DNA of 63,723 nucleotides, filler included, from Nemertoderma westbladi (GCA_032718475.1; 4 parts of 4 records of this genome joined end to end with filler, not necessarily neighbours in it); one strand, 5' to 3'; counted from the first letter of the whole stretch, positions 24,137 through 37,077 are shown. Numbers and translations: made by a program. Notes: a model not told the origin generated them from the sequence alone.

Positions 24137-25495
24137 CTTTATATGCCTGAGGGATTCTTTACCAACAAAATCAGTCGGTTTATTCGGCTTTATGAAGAAA
24201 TCTAAACCGGCCTGGTAGGGATTTTTATCTAAATTCATTTCCAGCCCCCAAACCCGGAAACCTTTCTCTAACCGCAACACGTTGATGGCGTACTGCCCGA
24301 AGTCGGCTATTCCGAACTCGCTTCCGGCCTCCAGTATCGCCGCGTACAAGGGCCCCATACTGCTCGGCGGCACGTACAACTCCCAACCCAACTCCCCGGT
24401 GAAGGACAGCCGCAGGGCTCGAACCCTGACCCCGGCCAGCGTCACATCCCGACAACTCAGGAACTTAAACCCGGAGTTGGAGAGATCCTCCTCGGGGGGC
24501 GCCAACTTCCGGAGGACGTCCCGAGCGAACGGCCCCGCAACGGACAAACACTGCAGACTCTCGGTCGCGTTGTCTATAACGAGTCCGTCGCTAAGCGACC
24601 AGCGACGCGCGTGCTCCTCGATCCAGCGACGATCGTGGTTCTCCGACCCGGAACCGGTGATCAGGAAGAACCGGTCCTCGGCCAGTCGGGTCACCGTGAC
24701 CTCGGCGTAGACCCGGCCTCGGGGGGTCAGCATGTGGCAGATGTTAGCCGTGCCGACCTTGGGCAACGAGTTGGCGACCAACCGATCGAGAACCTCCGCT
24801 GAAGTCGGCCCGCTGATCTCCAACTTAGCGAACGGCGTTAAATCGGTAACGCCGACGCGTTCTAGAACCGTCCGGACTTCCCGACCCACCGGACCGTGCC
24901 AGTTGCACCGCCGGTAGCCCGGCGCGTACCCCGCGGTATCCCCCGGCAACGCGAACCAACTGGGCTGCTCCCACCCCGCGTGGAAGCCGAACTCGGCTCC
25001 TCTCGCCTTCGTGGCCTCGTAGACCCCGGAGACCCTGCGGGTAGGCCGACCCGCCCATCGCTCCTCCTTGGGCCAACCCACCGCGTTGTTCATCCCGTAG
25101 GACTCCCTCGCCTTCGCCGACGTGTACTCCCTATCGGTCCACTTCCCGTAGCGGTCCGGGTCCAACTCCAACAGATCGTACGGCGGCTCTCCGTTGAGTA
25201 TCCACTCCGCGAGGTACTTTCCGGCGCCCCCGCTGTGCACGATCCCGTAGGCGAACCCCACCGCGCACCAGTAGTTAGTGGCCCCCTGCACGGGCCCCAG
25301 CATGCTCAGCACGTCCGGCGTGTAGGTTATCGGGCCGCAGACAACCCGCTGTATGTCCGCGGACCGCAGCAACGGGACCAGGTTCATCGCCGCCTCCAGG
25401 TTCACCATAATCCTCTCGATATCCGATTCGTATAATTCCTTACCGAACCCCGGGGGGACGCCGTCCACCCAGCTGTCCTGAACTACCATCGCCTC
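24137..25495 (-). CDS. DMGDH: Dimethylglycine dehydrogenase, exon 2 (3' truncated by gap)
   Basis: Acceptor ttgtag|GAG GCG ATG; [72 protein letters not shown]. Confidence 0.93.
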
Positions 25496-26055
25496 CTACA
25501 ATAGATAATAGTAAATAATTATATAAAATAAATAATTAAAATGAAATATAAAGACTATAATAGGAATTATTATTAATAGCGGGGATTACAAAGTAAATAA
25601 TCTTATTGAATATCAACACTATGGACCGGTCGTAACCGGAAGTACAATATCGTCATAATGACGTGCAGTATTGCTTGTGTTGTATCGTGTCTCGGCTGTG
25701 TCATTCGTATGGTCTGGCTGAGTCTGGAATGGCTTTGTATTACAATGCATTTAGGCTCAACAAAAGTCGTAAATTCCTCAATATATGTTTCGTTGTATAT
25801 CGGCTAATGAATCATTATTATTAAAGAGAAGTGAACTAAAACTCACTTTGATGATTATAATTACTGTTTCAATATTCTTCAAAATTATATATTCAATTAT
25901 TTCAGTTCAGGAAAACTGACAGTTTCAGTTTGCAACACTAATAATAAATGTTCTGAAACAAATTCAGTTATAATTTGTAAAAAGTGATTTAACTAAAAAT
26001 TTATTATATTTAGTGTTCAATAAATTTGTATTGTTTTGTAACATAACGTGTGTAG

Positions 26056-26442
26056 TATGGCATACAAAAAAAAAATGTTTCTCAATGTATTTATTTTCTC
26101 AATGTTTTTTTTTCTCGATGTATTTAATTTCTCAATGTTTTTTTTCTCGATGTATTTAATTTCTCAATGTTTTTTTTCTCAATATCTGATTGGTCAAACC
26201 GTGTATTTATTTTCGCAATGTTTATTTTCTCTATATCTGATTGGCCAGCCTTGCCTTTTTTTGCTCAATATCTGATTGGCCTAGCCTACCGGTTCAATAG
26301 GCAGAGATTGCAGAAGAACCTATTGTACTGCTGTAGAGGCAGAAGCTGGAGGTGCGACCAATCAGATATTGAGAAAAAATCATTGAGAAAATAAATACAC
26401 TGAGAAAAAAACATTGAATATTAATACTAAATGTATGCCATA
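26056..26442. mobile_element. MITE in the DMGDH intron, TIR TATGGCATACA, 6-bp TSD GTGTAG
   Basis: GTGTAG|TATGGCATACA...TGTATGCCATA|GTGTAG; internal inverted subterminal repeats TTTCTCAATATCTGATTGG / CCAATCAGATATTGAGAAA. Confidence 0.75.
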
Positions 26443-26477
26443 GTGTAGTGTAGTGAGTATTAATTGAACGAACTAAC

Positions 26478-27410
26478 CTTACTCTCGTAGGGTCCAACCA
26501 GCAGACCATCGCGTTCCTTCCGTAAATAGTAGGAACCCTCCAAATCTCGGATCACAGGGAACTCCTTACCCAACTGCTTGATCTCCGGGATCGTCGATGT
26601 AATAACGTACTGATGGTGTATCGGAACCAACGGATGCTCCAACCCCGCCAGCCGTCCCACCTCCTGGCCCCAGAACCCAGCCGCGTTCACCACGCCCCTA
26701 GCGGAGCGCACCGAACCGCAGTCGGTCTCCACGTCCCAGGAACCGTCGACGCGCTCGTTCAACCCGGTCACTGCGACCGGAGCCGCGATCCGAGCTCCGT
26801 ACATCCGGGCCCCGGCGGCGAACGCCATCGTCAGCGAATACGGGTCGATATGGCCGTCCGATGGGGTGTACAACCCGCCCAGAATGCCCTCCATGTTCAT
26901 AAACGGGCACATTTTATGGACCTCGTCTGTTGTAATTAAACGCTGCGGGGTCTTCTGCCAACCAACTCGCGACATCTGGTATTTGGCTTCGTCTACGCGA
27001 GTCTCCGTGTTGAGAATGCGAATACTTCCAGGGTCGTGGAACCCGACTGCCTGCCCCGTCTCCTGTTCTAGAGTTCGAAACAAGTTGATACTGTAGTAGT
27101 GTAAGTTCTTTACGTTTATCCCGGGGTGGAAGTACGTTGTGAGTCCCGCTGCGTGCCAGGTTGATCCGGCTGTCAGCTCAGATCGCTCCACTAGCACCAC
27201 GTCTTTGAGGCCCTGTTTGGCTAGATGGTAGGCTATGCTAGCCCCTACCGCCCCGCCCCCTATGACTACGATTTCGGCAGACTCCGGGAGGTTTGGATGT
27301 CTGGTCTTGTGGTTCCATCGTCTAGGTATCAGTCCATTCCGACCACGAGCAGTTTCACTCCGACACGGATTCAGAGAAGATCTGAACGCTGACAATAACG
27401 CAGAACTCAT
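26478..27410 (-). CDS. DMGDH: Dimethylglycine dehydrogenase, exon 1 (transit-peptide-like N-terminus + FAD-binding domain)
   Basis: ATG 27410; [38 protein letters not shown]; donor AAG|gttagt joins in frame to exon 2 ([14 protein letters not shown]). Confidence 0.93.
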
Positions 27411-27605
27411 TGCATTTCCTGAGCAATCGGTCAAACTAAACTACAATACAGCAATAACTACCTCATATAATAAAGTAAACTACGTAGAACTACCGGCAGA
27501 CCGGTACAAAATAATTGGACTGTACCGGGGATCCGCTATTCTGTTATAACAACAGCTTGTCAGCTGGTAAACAGCATCCCGGAAGTAGGCCTTATCAATT
27601 TTGAT

Positions 27606-28561
27606 CAGGGATGGCAATTAGGTTTTAATATTAGGTTTTATTATTAGGTTTTAATAAAAAACCTAGTGTAAAAATTATTAGGTTTTATTAGGTTTTATTG
27701 GGTTTTATTCCAGTCTGCCACGAGAGTGCAATCCGTTGGCCTAATTATTGGGTATGGGGGAAAAACCTCACATTTCGTTGTGTGCTAGAGTGCTAGACTG
27801 CTAGACCTTCAAAGACGGTTCGATTAGACATTAGCAGATTATCCAGTCGGGGAGTTCTATTTACAACTGAGTTGAAATTTAAACATTATTTTTTAAAATT
27901 CAACTTTTGGAGAAGGGTTTAAAATTCAACTTTTTTTAAAATTCAACTTTTGGAGTTGGTTTGGAAATACTGATAAATATGGAATTGGGATCCATTACTG
28001 GTATTCCATTGTATAATATAATGACATAGGCCTATAGCGGTAATTTAATACAACTAACAGTCTAATAAATTCCTGTAGTATTTCAGCTAATTTGCAAATG
28101 TAATCACTTAAAATGTTTTTAAAAAATGTAATCCCGGCGGTGAAAGTTTTTATTCCATGGGTAATGAGGGTTGATTTTTCGAGTTACACCCATAAAAAGA
28201 ATAAAAACACCCTTCTGTAACGTCTTGGGGCTAACTGCAGTACGCAGTACTGTACGTGTACGATAGTTTTGCCATAGTTTGGTGAGATTATTATAAGTTA
28301 ATAAGTCATACTTGCAATGGCTTCACAGACTTGAGAATAGGCGCAATGAAACCGCAATGGTCGATTTAGTGGGTGTTACAACCTTCAAAACAGCAATCAA
28401 GTCATTGGTTCTCGAAAAATTTCTTAATTTTTGTATGAAAATTTAGGTTTTATTAGGTTTTTTTAGGTTTTATTAGGTTTTATTAGGTTTTATAAGGTTT
28501 TATTCAATTAAAGAAAAAACCTAATTTTGTTTTTTTAAAAATTAGGTTTTAACCATCCCTG
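27606..28561. mobile_element. hAT-type MITE, TIR CAGGGATGG, 8-bp TSD ATTTTGAT
   Basis: ATTTTGAT|CAGGGATGG...CCATCCCTG|ATTTTGAT; subterminal TTAGGTTTTA repeats at both ends. Confidence 0.9.
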
Positions 28562-28661
28562 ATTTTGATCAGCTGATATTTGTTTACAAACAATGAATTA
28601 TATTGTCAGTGCATACGTGATTCCCTGATATATCAAACAAATCAGGTAGTTGTGGCACAAA

Positions 28662-28886
28662 GGTACAGGAGTTAAAATGTACAGGAGTTAAAATGTACAG
28701 GAGTTAAAATGTACAGGAGTTAAAATGTACAGGAGTTAAAATGTACAGGAGTTAAAATGTACAGGAGTTAAAATGTACAGGAGTTAAAATGTACAGGAGT
28801 TAAAATGTACAGGAGTTAAAATGTACAGGAGTTAAAATGTACAGGAGTTAAAATGTACAGGAGTTAAAATGTAAAGGAGTTAAAAT
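28662..28886. repeat. 16-bp perfect minisatellite (GTACAGGAGTTAAAAT), ~14 copies
   Basis: Direct inspection. Confidence 0.95.
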
Positions 28887-30114
28887 TTAAATATGCATTG
28901 CTTACCCCATACCACTAGCCATTCTGTGATTTTATTTTTCTCAATTATGGTAAATTTCCTAAATGCAACGCTACATACATAATAATATACAATTAAATTG
29001 GTACACTTTTGCCTGGTGAGTGATGCGTTGTTTCTAATGGTTTCTGACAACATACTTGATTAATTTTATTTAATTTTGGGTGGTAGGTAGTATTTAATTG
29101 ACTCAGAAAGAACACGATTCGGGACAGAAAATACTCTATTTGGATAAAGTTTATATTTATTATTTTAGAATGGACTTTAATTGTAGCCTGTCTTAATTAA
29201 CACACTACTTTAGTTTTAGTTTAGTTTATGTAATACTCGACTTAATATGAAAATGCTAAATAATTGACCAGATACACGAAGTCATAGGCCTAATATTTTG
29301 GTTAGAAAGATTTATCTTTGTGTAATCGTTAGTATTTTAAATTAAGTATCCAGTACAAAGGAAATAACATTAATTCTAGTAAAATACATGGAACAAACCA
29401 ATTACATCAAGAGATTGTAATCTTGGTCAAACAAATAATTTTACTATTATACTTACCGTGGCATTTAATACACTTTCAACTTCAGCAACTAACAGCTGTT
29501 GCTACACAAAGAATTCACATCATTTGAGTAGCTAATTTATAATATATTGGATATGGATTCTAGGACATGCTTTACAGAAGTAACAAAAAAAACTAAGGAC
29601 TAAAGGAATTTCGAAAATGGAAATATTATATAATTACGTGGTAGAAAAGGGAGGGGCGGGTGGGATTCCAGTCGCGTCTATAGGGCACATATTATGAGTT
29701 AGGCCCGTTACCGGTACGGGCCAATCTCCACTTACTTTCATTTTACTAAACTTCTGCATACTGTAACGGTGCAACTAACAGTAGGCCTACTTAACTTAGG
29801 GATGGCCAAAATATTGGATCTATCCATTGTTGACCGAAACTTTCAAATTGTATGTTGATTGCTGAAAAATATCAATATTTTGATATTTTTTTGATGTTTT
29901 TTTGATGTTTTTGATAACAAAAATGTTCGTTAAATCCCAATGTTAAATCAAAATTAGTAAATGAAGCCCAATTCTCTACATATTTATTTTATTTCTATTT
30001 AATTATATTATTTTTTTTATATTTGCTATTCGAATACCGCCTATCCCAAATAATAATAATAATAAGCTTTAATAATAATATTTGAATGGGAGATTATTTT
30101 TGGCTCATTAAGCC

Positions 30115-30633
30115 AAGGAATGCCTGTTCACCAACATGGGTGATCTTCCACAGTAAACCCTTCCACTCTGTTTCCTAAAGGAATGCCTGTTCACAACAAT
30201 AGATGATCTTCCACAGTAAACCCCTCCACTCTGTTACCCAAAGGAATGCCTGTTCACCATCATGAGTGATCTTACACAGTAAACCCTTCCACTCTGTTAC
30301 CTAAAGGAATTTCTGTTCACCACCATGAGTGATCTTCCACAGTAAACCCTTCCACTCTGTTACCCAAAGGAATGCCTGTTCACCATCATGAGTGATCTTA
30401 CACAGTAAACCCTTCCACTCTGTTACCTAAAGGAATTTCTGTTCACCACCATGAGTGATCTTCCACAGTAAACCCTCCCACTCTGTTTCCCAAAAGAATG
30501 CCTGTTCACCACAATGGGTGATCTTCCACAGTAAACCCTTCCACTCTGTTACCTAAAGGAATGCCTGTTCACCACCATGAGTGATCTTCCACAGTAAACC
30601 CTTCCACTCTGTTACCTAAAGGAATGCATGTTC
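30115..30633. repeat. 63-bp tandem repeat, ~8 copies
   Basis: AAGGAATGCCTGTTCACCACCATGAGTGATCTTCCACAGTAAACCCTTCCACTCTGTTACCTA recurring every 63 nt. Confidence 0.93.
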
Positions 30634-31322
30634 AATGCTGTTTCCCAATTTAAATAATAATATTAAAATTACATAAAACGAGCCACCAGGAATGTGGGAC
30701 TTGTGAAGAATAACAGACTTTCTGCTGTTATAATTCACTTTGCAACGTATCCCCATTTGAAGAATACAAGGTTTTTACTAAAGCTACAGGTTTCAGAAGG
30801 GCTGATTCTAATCAAAACAATAAACGAATAAGTATCTTTAAGACAGGTTATAAGACAGGAATACGGCCTATAAAACACATAATAATGATAAATTTGGAAA
30901 AATACAAATTCTTCATAATAAAAAAATATAAAATTCCAATATAATTTCGACCGAAAAGTGAAAACCAGGTATTCTTAACATGGGCGAGGAATGTGATGGT
31001 CTGTAGAATGTATATAATTATTCCAGGAACTTCTAAAAACCCCAAACATACAAAAATAAAAAAAAAACGATTTCTTTGTGAAATATCGAAAATCTCGATT
31101 AATGATTACATAATAATTGCACGTTATGAAAGTAATTTAGCGTCCGCTTCACCCCACCGAAAAGCGTATTCCCAATCCTTTCACTACTAGGATTAACACC
31201 TGGGATTTGTTAATGAGCTACTGTATATTTTAGCTGGATGTTAAAATCATGTAAGGAATGGAGAGAGGGGTCGAACTAGTGTACGATTTTTTTACTCAGT
31301 TGGCAGGTAGAAAGTGTTCCAA

Positions 31323-32886
31323 ACGCTATAAGGAGCGGAGAAAGTGGGTAAAATCATGTGGGGCGAGCCACAAAAGTAAGCGAGCTTAGCATACGGATAC
31401 CACTAACTCAATCGGTGTGTCTGTCGTTCTGTTGTGTTCAATTTTAAACGTTAATAACTCAACCAAATCTTAATGAAATCTATCCAAACTTGGTACACAT
31501 GTAGTCTGGCAAAAGTTTAGAAATTTTCCAAGATAATAGCAGTTAATTAATTAAATTAAAATTAATTAAGTTGGTTAGGGTAAAAACAGCATTTTCAACA
31601 TGACTTTTAATGGAAATTAATTATTTTAGAGTATAAGATTTAAATGATTATACTTAAAAATTATATTCCCCATACCCCATTATATTATAGTTTTTAATTA
31701 ATAAGTGATTTGCATTAAGAAATGTGTTTTTAATTGATCTAAACGTAATTAAGTTATCAAAATGCCCTTTCGTCACTATAACTCCCTCATTCCTTGGCAT
31801 GCTTGCTATTGCCTATAGTTTGGGAACCAGTCCATTCATCTCACCACTATTTGGCAACGAGTAATTAAATCTATAGGACATAGTCAGACACTACTAGTGT
31901 AAGGTGCCATAGCCAGCTTGCTTATTATTTATCTCGCAAAATGATTGGCTGAGTATTTAATCCTGATTCTTTAGAATTAGCTAAATAATTTCCTTGAGGT
32001 GTTGACATGATGAATTAATATTTCAGTATCAACACTATCGGCATAAGGTAAGTTTTAATATTTTTTACAAATTGGGTCGCCTCTACGCCGAAAATTTCAT
32101 GTCTGCATGAAATTAAAATCTGCTTTTTAAACTTAATCCTCTGTGCGCCTTTGGGTTGGGGGTGGTTCAGTCCGGCAGTCGTGCAGATTAAGAGGGGGTT
32201 GAAGGAACTTTTCTCTCTTCTTTGATTTATTCTTATAGGCTGTTTGGTTAAATTTCTTACTTATTTATTTAAATTTCTTAAGTACCGATTTTAGGAGAGA
32301 ATTGCTCAATTTTAATCTGTATCTGATAACTGACCATCGTGCTGCGCGAAGGCCGCACGAACGTGTAAGGATTATCTGCCTATTAAACATGTCGTTGTCA
32401 GGTAACAAGACAAATATATACGAATAACAGTATATTATTTAAAATGGAAATAATGTTGCAATTTTTCCGATCGAACACTAATAATTAAGTAGTTTTTTTA
32501 TTCGTAGAATTTAATATTGAAATTCATTAATCTGAAATTCATAATTAAAAGCATTTCACAATTTGTAAACATAAAAGCTCCAATGAAATAAACTCTTAAT
32601 TTTTATAATGTCCTCTATTAGAATTTCTTCGATTTGCATTTATGTTTAGCGACAGTTGACACTCTCTGACACTTGAAGAAAGGAATGTACTCCTACAGTT
32701 TAGACCCTAGTAGTCAATGTTCAAATAGTTTTAGCTTTAATCATGCAACCATGTATAAACCATAACCCAATATTGTACTGCCTAGAATAATGTCACCTGA
32801 TAGTCTACGAATTTATCTAATACTGTTAGTTATGGTGAATTGATGCCTTACATGATTTCACCCACTTTTTCCACTCCTTATAGCGT
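31323..32886. mobile_element. Element bounded by ~37-bp inverted repeats, containing a copy of the 5766-family head
   Basis: ACGCTATAAGGAGCGGAGAAAGTGGGTAAAATCATGT vs ACATGATTTCACCCACTTTTTCCACTCCTTATAGCGT. Confidence 0.5.
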
Positions 32887-33108
32887 CTCTATTAAAAACG
32901 CCCGTAAATTTTGGTCATGGCAGTGCATTAAGGAACACAATTAAGGGAGCAATAAGGGACAAAATTTACTGTTTAACCTACAATTTTTTTAATTTACAAA
33001 ATTCCACCTATGGGGCAATTTATGGGGCAATAAGGAACCACATTAATTATAATTAATGATCATTGGATGTGTAGTAGTTGTAGAATTTGTGTAGGCCTCC
33101 CATGCATA

Positions 33109-34838
33109 CTGCCGTCTTAAGGCAAAATACCCTATCTCCAAAGTGTTTTGAGTAATTTAACGAAACGCGTTTTCTTCTACAAGTTTGTTATACAGCTGCC
33201 TGGATACCAGAATTTGAACTGCAAGTCACCCAAAAATACTAACTTAGAATTTCAAATGCGAGATGCACAACTTTTGTAATTTGGGAGCTTAAAAAATGCT
33301 GAACTGATTTTATAGGGTGTTTTGCCTCGAAAATGTTGGCGACAAATGAAACTGAAAGCTGATATAGGGTGTTTTGTCTATCAAGAGTTCGTATCAAATA
33401 GTTTAATATCTTCAAATAATAATACTGCAGGGTGGAAATTATACTTGGAATTTTGTAGTTAAGGGTTGGATTTTGGTAAATGCTGATAATTTCTGTAAAA
33501 TTGGTTGCCTGGTAACGTCATCATGGTTACCATTCCATGAATATAAAGTACTCGAAAACTAAAATCTGGGCAATCAATTATAGTTACATATTTGCCCGTA
33601 AATTTTTTTAGAAATATTCTAGCAAGCTACTGTATAACCATGTGACCAGTTTTCAAAAACCTTGTCCGCCAAAATCAAACTCAGTCTACTTTGCCTTCTA
33701 ATGCAGTCCTTCATTATTTACATGTTCAGTTCACCATCACACTTTAACTAACGAATTCCAAAAACCTATTATATTTCTTGGAATTATTTGCCAAAGTCGT
33801 TGAATCAATTCATTGACTCTGTCTATGGGAACTCCTTTGGGTTGTGCCAGTGGCCGTGGGATGCCCATAGTGGCATTGCGCTTCAATAAGTTGACTCCAC
33901 ACAGCCACATATCCTCCCCACACAGCCACATATCCTCCCCACACAGCCACATATCCTCCCCACACAGCCACCTATCTTCCCCACAGTCACATATCCTCCC
34001 CACACAGCCACATATCTTCCCCACACAGCCACATATCCTCCCCACACAGCCACATATCCTCCCCACAGTCACATATCCTCCCCACACAGCCACATATCTT
34101 CAACACAGTCACATATCCTCCCCACACAGCCACATATCCTCCCCACACAGCCACATATCCTCCCCACACAGCCACATATCTTCCCCACAGCCACATATCC
34201 TCCCCACACATCCACATATCCTCCCCACATAGCCACATATCTTCCCCACAGTCACATATCCTCCCCACAGCCACATATCACCCCCAACAGCCACATATCC
34301 TCCCCACACAGCCACATATATTCCCCACAGTCACTTATACTCCCCACACAGCCACATATCTTCCCAACACAGCCACATATCCTCCCCACACAGCCACATA
34401 TCTTCCCCACACAGCCACATATATTCCCCACAGTCACTTATCCTCCCCACACAGCCACATATCTTCCCCACACAGCCACATATCCTCCCCACACAGCCAC
34501 ATATCTTCCCCAGTCACATATCCTCCCCACACAGCCACATATCTTCCCCACACAGCCACATATCCTCCACACACAGCCACATATCCTCTCCACAGCCACT
34601 CCTCTACCTTTAAAATGTACGGTAAACTGAATACAAGTGTTTCGAAGGCAAAATACCCTATGTACCAGATTTTAGATGTAGGGTGTTTTGCCTTTAAACT
34701 TGCAAAAAATAACTTTCTTGCATATAAACCATGGTATTTCTTGGTTTCATCTGAAAGAGCGCCTTAAATTAGGCCGGTCTGTACAATAAAAAAAATTTCA
34801 AAAATTTTGAGATAGGGCATTCTGCCTTAAGACGGCAG
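33109..34838. mobile_element. Sola-like non-autonomous DNA transposon, ~30-bp TIR, 4-bp TSD CATA
   Basis: CATA|CTGCCGTCTTAAGGCAAAATACCCTATCTC...GAGATAGGGCATTCTGCCTTAAGACGGCAG|CATA; minus-strand remnant PKGVPIDRVNELIQRLWQIIPRNIIGFWNSL resembles a transposase C-terminus. Confidence 0.75.
33897..34600. repeat. ~22-bp C-rich minisatellite (CCACACAGCCACATATCCTCCC)
   Basis: About 30 units of 20-22 bp. Confidence 0.95.
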
Positions 34839-35580
34839 CATAGATAATCATAAAATTATAATATGCATACTGTGGCATGTGGGGTGGGACGGCCATACCT
34901 GAGCGGGAGTTTACTAAAAAAATATATTCTCTGTAAGAGCCTTGGTATATGCCATTTTTTGAAAATTATATAAATTACACAAATCATGGATTGTACCGAA
35001 CAGCCGTTCAGTACTTACACCAGGGGTGTCGCGAGGTGTTACAAAAACGATGTAGGACAATTCGCTAGCGGACAATTCAGTCCCATTTATTTAGTGTTTT
35101 GGGACAGACCGAATTGTCCGGGACCGAATTAAATTAAGACATAAATTTAATAGCTATTTATTCTTGGATTTATACATACTAATATGCTAAATACTGTAGT
35201 AAGTAGCTAAATATTTGTAATTCAAATTTCATAGTATTTTGTTTTTGGTCCGAATTATAGATTAAGAGAGATTCACAGTTTCCCTAATGCATAACATGCC
35301 GTTCCTTGATGAATGGAATCATTTTATAATTTTTTAAAAGCCGATAACTCAGTGGAAGAAGAAACAAAAACCGAAGATCAGTAAACCAGGGGTTGATTAT
35401 CATGACAACTTCCCAAGTTCAGACTATTTATCACTTCCGTAGAACCGCTACTTAATGACAATACGGATTGTAAGTTGAAAACGAATCTTTATATTTGTAT
35501 AAAAATTATTATATTGCTTCAATAAATAAGTACTGCCTCTGCCTCATAATATTATACGGTATACGCACTTTTTCAAACTA

Positions 35581-36792
35581 CTAAATAAATTCCACACCTT
35601 CGTATTTAATATTTCCGGCTATTTTAGTCTCAGTAACTAGAACGTTCCCGTCCACGTTAAATACCGTTATATATGTCGAAACATCGCCCGAGTTCTCCTC
35701 CGACTTCAAGGCGACGACGAGTTGTTCCTGCGAGTTCGGAACGAACTTAAACGAGGAGAAACCGCGGAAGAGGTTGAGCGGAGTGACTTCGGCCACATTG
35801 AGTCGGGTGAACGATTCGTCGGCGGTTATCATTATGTTACCGGCGCGTCGCTCGTCGTCCATCTCGTTGTATCGGAATCGCGACACTCTGCGGGGAAGAA
35901 AGATCCACCGGTCCCGCGGGGCCGACCAGCATACGGCCTCGTGGATGATGTATCCGGGGGCCGCGATCCCGGCGGCCGAGCGTAGCGAGTCGTAACGCGT
36001 CGACCAGTCCATGTGGACCACCTGCCCGGTCACCGAGATTGCCTTTACCCACTGCGGGTCGCGATTTAACGGCTCCCCTTCCGGGCTCGTCCATTCCTTA
36101 CCCAACCCGCCCACGTACAGAACACGATCCTTTACGGTCATCCACTCCGCTTTGAACCCCTTACTAACAGTCCCGTCACCGTCTGCGAGAATAACCCAAG
36201 GATAAACGCGATTCCCGACTACCTTATAAACAATTCCAGTTCGATCGTCCACCGTTAATAATTCCCCGTTAAACACGACGAGTTCCGATAACTCCATCCC
36301 TCGCCCGCCTAACGAATACTTCGACTCCAACCGCAACGGCTCTCGATCCCAGACAACCGCGACTGTCTTCAGATCATAGGAAACCTGCAGATCACCTTTC
36401 AGTAAATAACTAACCCATAAATTTGGTGCATCTTTTACTTTGGAATTCTGATCAAGGTCGGAAACTATCGCAATTCTGTAGGTATAGCCAAAAGAGTTCC
36501 GCAACGGTAAGGATAAAGGGTAGGTGTAGTTGTAATTCAATACCGGTGTAGAGATTGTGTTACTAGGAGAACTCGTAGATGGAATTAATATAAGTATGAG
36601 ACATATAAAAGAGAAAACGAATAATATAAATACAATTCTCGAATGTTTCGTTAGCAGACGAGTGATCCTTGTTGACATATCCGACCTGTGGTGTATCCCC
36701 AGAGGGGCACGCACTTTCGCATTCCAGTCTCGCATTTTGTCGTCAGCCAAATTGAAATTTTTATCGGAACACAACAAAGACGTATCTGTCAT
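35581..36792 (-). CDS. CANT1: Soluble calcium-activated nucleotidase 1 (apyrase), single exon
   Basis: N-terminal TM anchor, YNYTYPLS, IAIVSDLD, GRGMELSELVVFNG, VDDRTG, KGFKAEW, GYIIHEA, ALKSEE, C-terminal KYEGVEFI. Confidence 0.95.
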   Translation of the reverse strand: MTDTSLLCSDKNFNLADDKMRDWNAKVRAPLGIHHRSDMSTRITRLLTKHSRIVFILFVFSFICLILILIPSTSSPSNTISTPVLNYNYTYPLSLPLRNSFGYTYRIAIVSDLDQNSKVKDAPNLWVSYLLKGDLQVSYDLKTVAVVWDREPLRLESKYSLGGRGMELSELVVFNGELLTVDDRTGIVYKVVGNRVYPWVILADGDGTVSKGFKAEWMTVKDRVLYVGGLGKEWTSPEGEPLNRDPQWVKAISVTGQVVHMDWSTRYDSLRSAAGIAAPGYIIHEAVCWSAPRDRWIFLPRRVSRFRYNEMDDERRAGNIMITADESFTRLNVAEVTPLNLFRGFSSFKFVPNSQEQLVVALKSEENSGDVSTYITVFNVDGNVLVTETKIAGNIKYEGVEFI

Positions 36793-37077
36793 TATGGTTG
36801 CTGGGCTGGTAAACCCTCTCGGTCAAACTTTACACAAGCGAACTGATAGACTTGCAGTCTTTGTCAGTTCAGCAGTTAGTTGTGGTAAAAAAGAACAAAC
36901 TCAACATTTTCACACTTCTGCACTTATGTAACTGGTTCTGGTCTGGTAGTGGTAGGCCTACTACAGTACCGGTACTACAGTATACAGTATAAGCATAAGG
37001 GTACCGGTACATGATGGTAGGGTACGTTACGTACTAAAAGGTAGAACGATCTATAACGGGCTATAACGATCTATAAC

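Noticed and set aside
24137-25495. Horizontal transfer of a bacterial GcvT-family gene, suggested by high GC and few introns
   Set aside because: Protein closely follows animal DMGDH motifs and has a transit-peptide-like N-terminus and a canonical GT-AG intron
33737-34437. His/Pro-rich and Cys/Gly-rich ORFs
   Set aside because: Minisatellite translations, apart from the short transposase-like tail noted separately
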